From positions 48,018 through 68,017 of the forward strand of contig JBLNDL010000096.1 in the NCBI GenBank assembly GCA_050261575.1: DNA of 20,000 nt, given 5' to 3'. This document shows positions 15,771-20,000 of this stretch, in pieces. The notes beneath the pieces were generated by a model that was not told the origin of the DNA, ran no database searches, and was given only the letters and a program-made list of their open reading frames with translations. The translations under genes were made by a program, and so were the position numbers. Each line of letters begins with the position of its first letter. The first letter of the stretch is position 1. Source of the stretch: Sphingomonadaceae bacterium (GTDB lineage Bacteria > Chloroflexota > UBA6077).

Positions 15771-16439
15771 TTAGTACCGCCTTCCCCGTTGGCGGGCGAT
15801 GTCGAACTTGGCAGTGCTGGCGACGTGCATCACCGTCATCACCCCCGCCTGGACCGGGTCGGAGACGACCAGGTCGGCCACATCGGGCACACTGCCCGCC
15901 ATGTTGAGGGATACCACTACGATCCCCTTCTGCTGAACCTCTCGGACGGCTTCGGTGATCTCTCCGCCCATCAGGGAGCCCGCCAGCACCACCGCCGCGA
16001 CTCGGGGGAGTCGGGCGATGGCTCGGACGGCTCCGGCGATCTCCTTCTCTCCCACCAGGGGTATCGTATCCACCGAGATGCGCTCGCCTCGGATGTTGTG
16101 GCGATCGGCTTCGCTCACCGCACCCAGCACCACCTGTCCCACCTGAGCCCCGCCTCCGACGACTATGATCCGCTTGCCGAAGATCTTCCAAAAGGAAGGT
16201 GTCTCCTCGACGGATTCCACGACGTCGAGGTTGGACATGTCGGCGATGAGGGCGGAGGCATCGGCGACCCCCTCCAACTCGAAGTAGGTGGACGAGCGGC
16301 CTTCGTACCGCTCGGTGATGTCCACGTAGGTGATGTTGGCGCGGTGGGCCAGGATCACCTCCGTGAGCCGATGCAGGATGCCCGGCCGGTCGTAGGTATG
16401 CACCACGATGGCCAGGAGATCGGGAGCGGTTTCTGGCAT
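15771..16439 (-). CDS. ACT-domain plus DUF5612-like protein (archaeal EhbQ-like family)
   Basis: N-terminal ACT (DRPGILHRLT..I..ANI) and C-terminal IFGKRIIVVGGGAQV..V..GAVSEADRHNIRGERISVDTIPLVGE...LAGSLMGG...SLNMAGS...DPVQAG, recognised from memory as a mainly archaeal family. ATG 16439 after GGAG. Confidence 0.8.
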   Translation of the reverse strand: MPETAPDLLAIVVHTYDRPGILHRLTEVILAHRANITYVDITERYEGRSSTYFELEGVADASALIADMSNLDVVESVEETPSFWKIFGKRIIVVGGGAQVGQVVLGAVSEADRHNIRGERISVDTIPLVGEKEIAGAVRAIARLPRVAAVVLAGSLMGGEITEAVREVQQKGIVVVSLNMAGSVPDVADLVVSDPVQAGVMTVMHVASTAKFDIARQRGRRY

Positions 16440-16472
16440 GCGGAGTCTCCAGCGCGCAGGGTTCGTGAGGGG

Positions 16473-16501
16473 AGCATAGGGGAAGGGTGCGGGAGTGTCA
16501 A
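16473..16501 (-). promoter_or_regulatory. Sigma70-type promoter for the ACT/DUF5612 gene
   Basis: Minus strand TTGACA (16501-16496), 17 bp, TATGCT (16478-16473). Confidence 0.8.
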
Positions 16502-16574
16502 CTGCGGTGGCGGAGACGCAGGGCGGAGATGCGGCCGCTGCCCCGAGATATGGATCCAGCATATGTCGGCCTTC

Positions 16575-16604
16575 GACGGGGGGCGATGCGCGTCGCCTCC
16601 CGTC
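16575..16604 (-). terminator. GC-rich hairpin just downstream of the beta-propeller gene
   Basis: GACGGGGGGCGA...TCGCCTCCCGTC, 10 nt after the stop codon. No U-tract. Confidence 0.4.
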
Positions 16605-16614
16605 AGATCTCACC

Positions 16615-18501
16615 CTACTTCGTCCTCGTGAGGGTCAAGCCGTCGACGTAGACGTCGGCTTTCATGTAATCCAGCTTCAACTGGACGCGGATGGCGGCCG
16701 TCCCGTTGGGGGTGACGAAGCTGGCCGCCGCCGGCACCCATCCGCTCGTGGGAGAGGTCTCAGACCGCGCGGTCACGGTGGCGATGGTGCCGCCGTACGG
16801 GTTGAGGGCGACGAGCTGTATGCTCGCTCGGAACCAGCCGGAACTGGAGGGCACGTTGATCTGCCCGGAGAAGCTGAAGCTCTGGCCGGCACCGGCGGAA
16901 ACGTCCTGGTGGACGGAGAAGGACTCCCCTCCTCTGGAGCTGGCGAGCAGGGAGTACGAGCCTTCGTGGTGCTGGGCACCGCTTCTGGAGACCAGGGCCA
17001 CGCCGTGGGAAGAGACGGACCAACTGTCGGGGATGGAGTTGCCATCGGCGTCGACCTCGAATCCGCCGTTGGACAGCCGGTTCCCGGAGGGAACACCCTC
17101 GTTCGTGGGGGTCGCCGTTGGCGTGGCCGTCGGGGTCGCCGTTGGCGGTGCTCCGTTCGTTGGGGTGGCAGTCGGCGTGCTGGTCGGGGTAGCCGTGGGC
17201 GTGGCGGTCGGCGTGCTGGTTGCGGGACTGGTCGGTGTGGCCGTAGCCGTGGAGTTGTGGGCCGGAGCCAGCGCCAGCGCGAGCTTCTCGTCCACGGGAA
17301 CGTAAAGGGTGCCGTCCGCGTCGAGGCTGAGCTGAATGCCTGGATAGGACATATCGATGTTTCCCGTGGCGTGGCGCCACAGCACCGCCCTGGACTGGCT
17401 GTCGACGGCGTAGACGTAGCCGTCTTTGCCGAGGAAGTAGAGGGTGCCGGCGGCGTCCAGCAGCAGGTTGCTCTTGATGCCGCTGCCCCAGCCCGTCTTG
17501 GTTACGTACTGCTTTTTCCACTCGAGGGTGCCGTTGGGGTTGATGGCGTAGATGTATCCGTCGTCGGCACCCAGGTAGATGGTGCCATCCGCGCCGAGGA
17601 CCGGCGTTCTATCGAAGGCGTTCCCCAGGGTGAACTGCCACTTGAGGGTTCCGTTCATTCCGATGGCGATCAGGTTGGTGTCCGATACGAAGTACATGGT
17701 GCCGTCGTTGGCGACCGTCGGGCCCACGAGATAGCGGCCGGGGCCGAGACCGTGAATCGACCATCGCTTCTGGCCGGTGGATGTCAGGGACCAGACGCCG
17801 GACAGCCAGCCGAAATAGAGATTCCCCTGAGCGTCGTACACCACCGGTATCCTTCGGCCGGTGCCGTAGGCAGCATACTTCTCCAACTGGTAGCGCCACT
17901 TCAGTTCCCCTGTCCTTCGGTCGAGGGCGTAGATGTAGCCGTTCTCGCTGGTGAAGTGGACGGTGGTGCCGTCCGGGCTGATGGACACCGGCGTGTGGAG
18001 ATGGTCGGATGGGAAGTACCACAGGATCCGGCCGTCGGTGTCGAGTGCGTAGACGTAGTCGTTCTCCGACGTCAGGTAGAGGGTGCCGTCGGCCGCCACC
18101 GTGGGCGGGAACTCCACCCACGTCTCGTGGCCCGTGGACCAGGGGCTGAACAGCCACTTCATCTGGCCGTTCCTGGAGTCGATGGCGTACACGCCCGCCA
18201 TTCCCGCCGCCAGGTAGACGGTGCTGTTCAGGCCGATACCGGTTCCACGATAGTCGGTGCCCCAGTGGTCGTTGCTTCGGTTGAAGCTCCAACGCCGGAC
18301 CGGCATCTCCCTCGGTCCTACAAAGAGGCTGCTACCGCTGCGCTGGGCGTTTCGGGCGTAGGTGGGCCAGGGGGTGTCGGCCAGCGGGCTCGTGTCTGCC
18401 CCCGCGTCCCAGGTTAGAACCGATAGGATGGCAAGAACGACCACGACGGCGGCCATTCCCGGGAGGTGCCGCCTGGGTCGGTGGCTGGTCACGTCGTTCA
18501 T
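16615..18501 (-). CDS. Secreted PQQ-like (BamB-type) beta-propeller protein with Thr/Pro linker and C-terminal carbohydrate-binding-like domain
   Basis: Signal peptide (RPRR...AAVVVVLAILSVLTWDAGA), repeated blades P..ADGTLY.GS.DGYVYAL...G..KW, a TPTA linker, then NRLSNGGFE...W, typical of CBM4/9-like jelly-rolls. The start could instead be 18525 or 18552. Confidence 0.85.
   Translation of the reverse strand: MNDVTSHRPRRHLPGMAAVVVVLAILSVLTWDAGADTSPLADTPWPTYARNAQRSGSSLFVGPREMPVRRWSFNRSNDHWGTDYRGTGIGLNSTVYLAAGMAGVYAIDSRNGQMKWLFSPWSTGHETWVEFPPTVAADGTLYLTSENDYVYALDTDGRILWYFPSDHLHTPVSISPDGTTVHFTSENGYIYALDRRTGELKWRYQLEKYAAYGTGRRIPVVYDAQGNLYFGWLSGVWSLTSTGQKRWSIHGLGPGRYLVGPTVANDGTMYFVSDTNLIAIGMNGTLKWQFTLGNAFDRTPVLGADGTIYLGADDGYIYAINPNGTLEWKKQYVTKTGWGSGIKSNLLLDAAGTLYFLGKDGYVYAVDSQSRAVLWRHATGNIDMSYPGIQLSLDADGTLYVPVDEKLALALAPAHNSTATATPTSPATSTPTATPTATPTSTPTATPTNGAPPTATPTATPTATPTNEGVPSGNRLSNGGFEVDADGNSIPDSWSVSSHGVALVSRSGAQHHEGSYSLLASSRGGESFSVHQDVSAGAGQSFSFSGQINVPSSSGWFRASIQLVALNPYGGTIATVTARSETSPTSGWVPAAASFVTPNGTAAIRVQLKLDYMKADVYVDGLTLTRTK
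17102..17253 (-). repeat. Coding Thr-Pro-Thr-Ala tandem repeat linker
   Basis: Translates to TATATPTSPATSTPTATPTATPTSTPTATPTNGAPPTATPTATPTATPTN. Confidence 0.85.
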
Positions 18502-18712
18502 AGCGAAGTACCTGCCGGCCCGCATGGTCTGGTGGTGCTGCGGGATGACCACCCCGGGCCTCGCCTGGAACGATACGGGGCCGCCATTCCTCTGTCATGA
18601 CGGCCAGAGCCGGAGACATGACGAATCTGTCACCTGGGTAGGGTAGGCGTGGCGAGCGGGGACGGGGGACGACGGGTGTAGGGCCAGCGTACGAGCCGGC
18701 CCTAGTCTCGGA

Positions 18713-18970
18713 TCAGGATGCCTGCTTCAGCAACTGCCGGGCCTCTTCACCGACCTCAAGTTCGATGCAGTCACAGTAGGTGGAATAGATCGACCTGTCC
18801 AGCACCTTGAGGATGGAGTCCTCTAGCTGTCCGACACAACTGCGCCTCAGCCAGAGCAGACGCCGGAGGCGCAAAAGAAACATCCTCTGCTGTCCCTGCG
18901 GTCCTCCGGGCGTGTCGTCACCGAAGATCGACTCGGCGCCGCGCTGCCAAGCAGATTGTGGGCCACTCAT
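18713..18970 (-). CDS. Small hypothetical helical protein (85 aa) with YSTYCDC motif
   Basis: ATG 18970 after AGGGGAGG/GAGGA. Sequence RLRRLLWLRR...LDRSIYSTYCDCIELEVGEEARQLL, followed by a hairpin TAGGGCC/GGCCCTA at 18679-18704. Confidence 0.7.
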   Translation of the reverse strand: MSGPQSAWQRGAESIFGDDTPGGPQGQQRMFLLRLRRLLWLRRSCVGQLEDSILKVLDRSIYSTYCDCIELEVGEEARQLLKQAS

Positions 18971-19171
18971 CTGTCCTCGACCTCCCCTTCGGTGTGCTGC
19001 CCGGAACCCCGGACTGCCCGAGCCACCTCGCCGGGGACCCTCGACAGCGGTTTCTCGAGCATCGGCCGCAACTTCCAGCCGGCTAACAGGCACGTCGTGT
19101 GCCAGACGAGCGGAATCGCGGCGAAATCACCAGTTTTCTGATAGGGGTGTGATGGTTGGGGACGAGGCCGG

Positions 19172-19185
19172 GGCATGGTGTTTGC
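19172..19185 (+). promoter_or_regulatory. Sigma54-like -24/-12 promoter candidate for the BON gene
   Basis: GGCATGGTGTTTGC is GG-N10-GC with GGCAY and TTGC, about 50 nt upstream of the start codon. Confidence 0.5.
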
Positions 19186-19235
19186 GTTCAGCCCGGTTTC
19201 CGGCGTGGACTGCGCCGGAACAGTAAGGTGGTGTG

Positions 19236-19514
19236 ATGAGAGAGCACGCGGACTACTTCACCCAGACCTCCGTGGAAGCCATCTCGGAGGAGGATGAGGA
19301 GATACTCGACTGGTTGAACAGGGCCCTGGCGGCCGATCCCAGAACCACCGATGCGCTGATAATGGCCGAGGTGCACGGCGGGGAGGTGGTCCTGAGGGGC
19401 GACGTGACGGTGCCCGGCATCAAGGCCGCCGCGGAGGATGTGGCTTGGGGGATCCCCGGGGTACACTCTGTGGTCAACCAGATCGTCGCCCACGGTGCCG
19501 CCTCGGACGAGTAG
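19236..19514 (+). CDS. Single BON-domain protein
   Basis: DEEILDWLNRALAADP...AEVHGGEVVLRGDV...AAEDVAWGIPGVHSVVNQI is the BON pattern. RBS AAGGTGG. No signal peptide seen. Confidence 0.88.
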   Translation: MREHADYFTQTSVEAISEEDEEILDWLNRALAADPRTTDALIMAEVHGGEVVLRGDVTVPGIKAAAEDVAWGIPGVHSVVNQIVAHGAASDE

Positions 19515-20000
19515 GAGCCCTTTCTTCCTTCGGTGTTTTCCCAGCGGCCCTGATGGGGCGGACAGAGCGTGGACGATCGCAGAAAGGAGTTGCCGTGCGG
19601 GGGCCGTGCCCGCGTGGCCGCACTCGTTCGGCAGCATGGCTCGGCACGGTTCGGGGCGCCGTCACGGTGTAGCGTCGCAGTTCGTTCGCGATGGGCTCCG
19701 CATCGGAGTTGGTCTCCGACGCTGCGGGTTGTCTCTATCCCCGACGGCTTGCCCTGGTGAACCACGCCTGTGGCTCCGAGAGTTAGCATGGTTCTTGCGA
19801 GTCAACGGGGTGTAGAAGCCTGTCGGGGGGGACAGCCTTCTCGCTACGCTGGGCCGGCGATCCAATCGCCGGCCCAGTGGCTATTTGCGCGCCGCGGGAC
19901 TCCCAAGGGGAGAGGCTGCCCGCAGGGCGGGCGAGGGCCGCGCAGGGAGCAAGAGTGTCGGGGGGGGCGGGGGGCCCCCCCCCCCCCCCCCCCGCAACGA

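Noticed and set aside
17102..17253. Periodic DNA repeat as a CRISPR-like or non-coding array
   Set aside because: Fully explained by the in-frame Thr-Pro-Thr-Ala linker.
19515..19800. SRP RNA, tmRNA or RNase P RNA
   Set aside because: Only a partial CCGAAGGAAG similarity on the minus strand. The conserved cores and tRNA-like ends are absent.
19960..19993. G8-C-G6-C19 tract as a phase-variation site or G-quadruplex
   Set aside because: Long homopolymers at the very end of the window most likely reflect low-quality sequence through a GC-rich hairpin. Read-level data are needed.

Overview
GC-rich bacterial chromosomal window (gene content and small hypothetical proteins suggest Chloroflexota; this is inference) with about 18 CDS and no rRNA, tRNA, CRISPR or transposase. 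Left to right: a 3'-truncated ispH (minus strand, missing from the ORF track) divergent from dxs-folB; a SufR-like Fe-S regulator and an Nfu/NifU-C protein; lpdA; a GarR/GlxR-type reductase; a P2A-type ATPase; a universal stress protein; a very acidic 92-aa orphan; a coupled membrane-TPR/coiled-coil pair; 2-oxoacid:ferredoxin oxidoreductase alpha/beta; an archaeal-type ACT/DUF5612 (EhbQ-like) protein; a secreted beta-propeller/Thr-Pro linker/CBM-like protein; a small YCDC protein; and a BON protein. Non-coding signals: one GTAG-type REP-like palindrome family at all three convergent gene junctions, several strong sigma70 promoters (including an interlocked bidirectional ispH/dxs pair), and recurring sigma54-like GG-N10-GC elements in two divergent regions. 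Nothing is demonstrably a new system. The best leads are the MEP/Fe-S cluster, the acidic protein, the TPR/coiled-coil pair, the EhbQ-like gene and the sigma54-like set.
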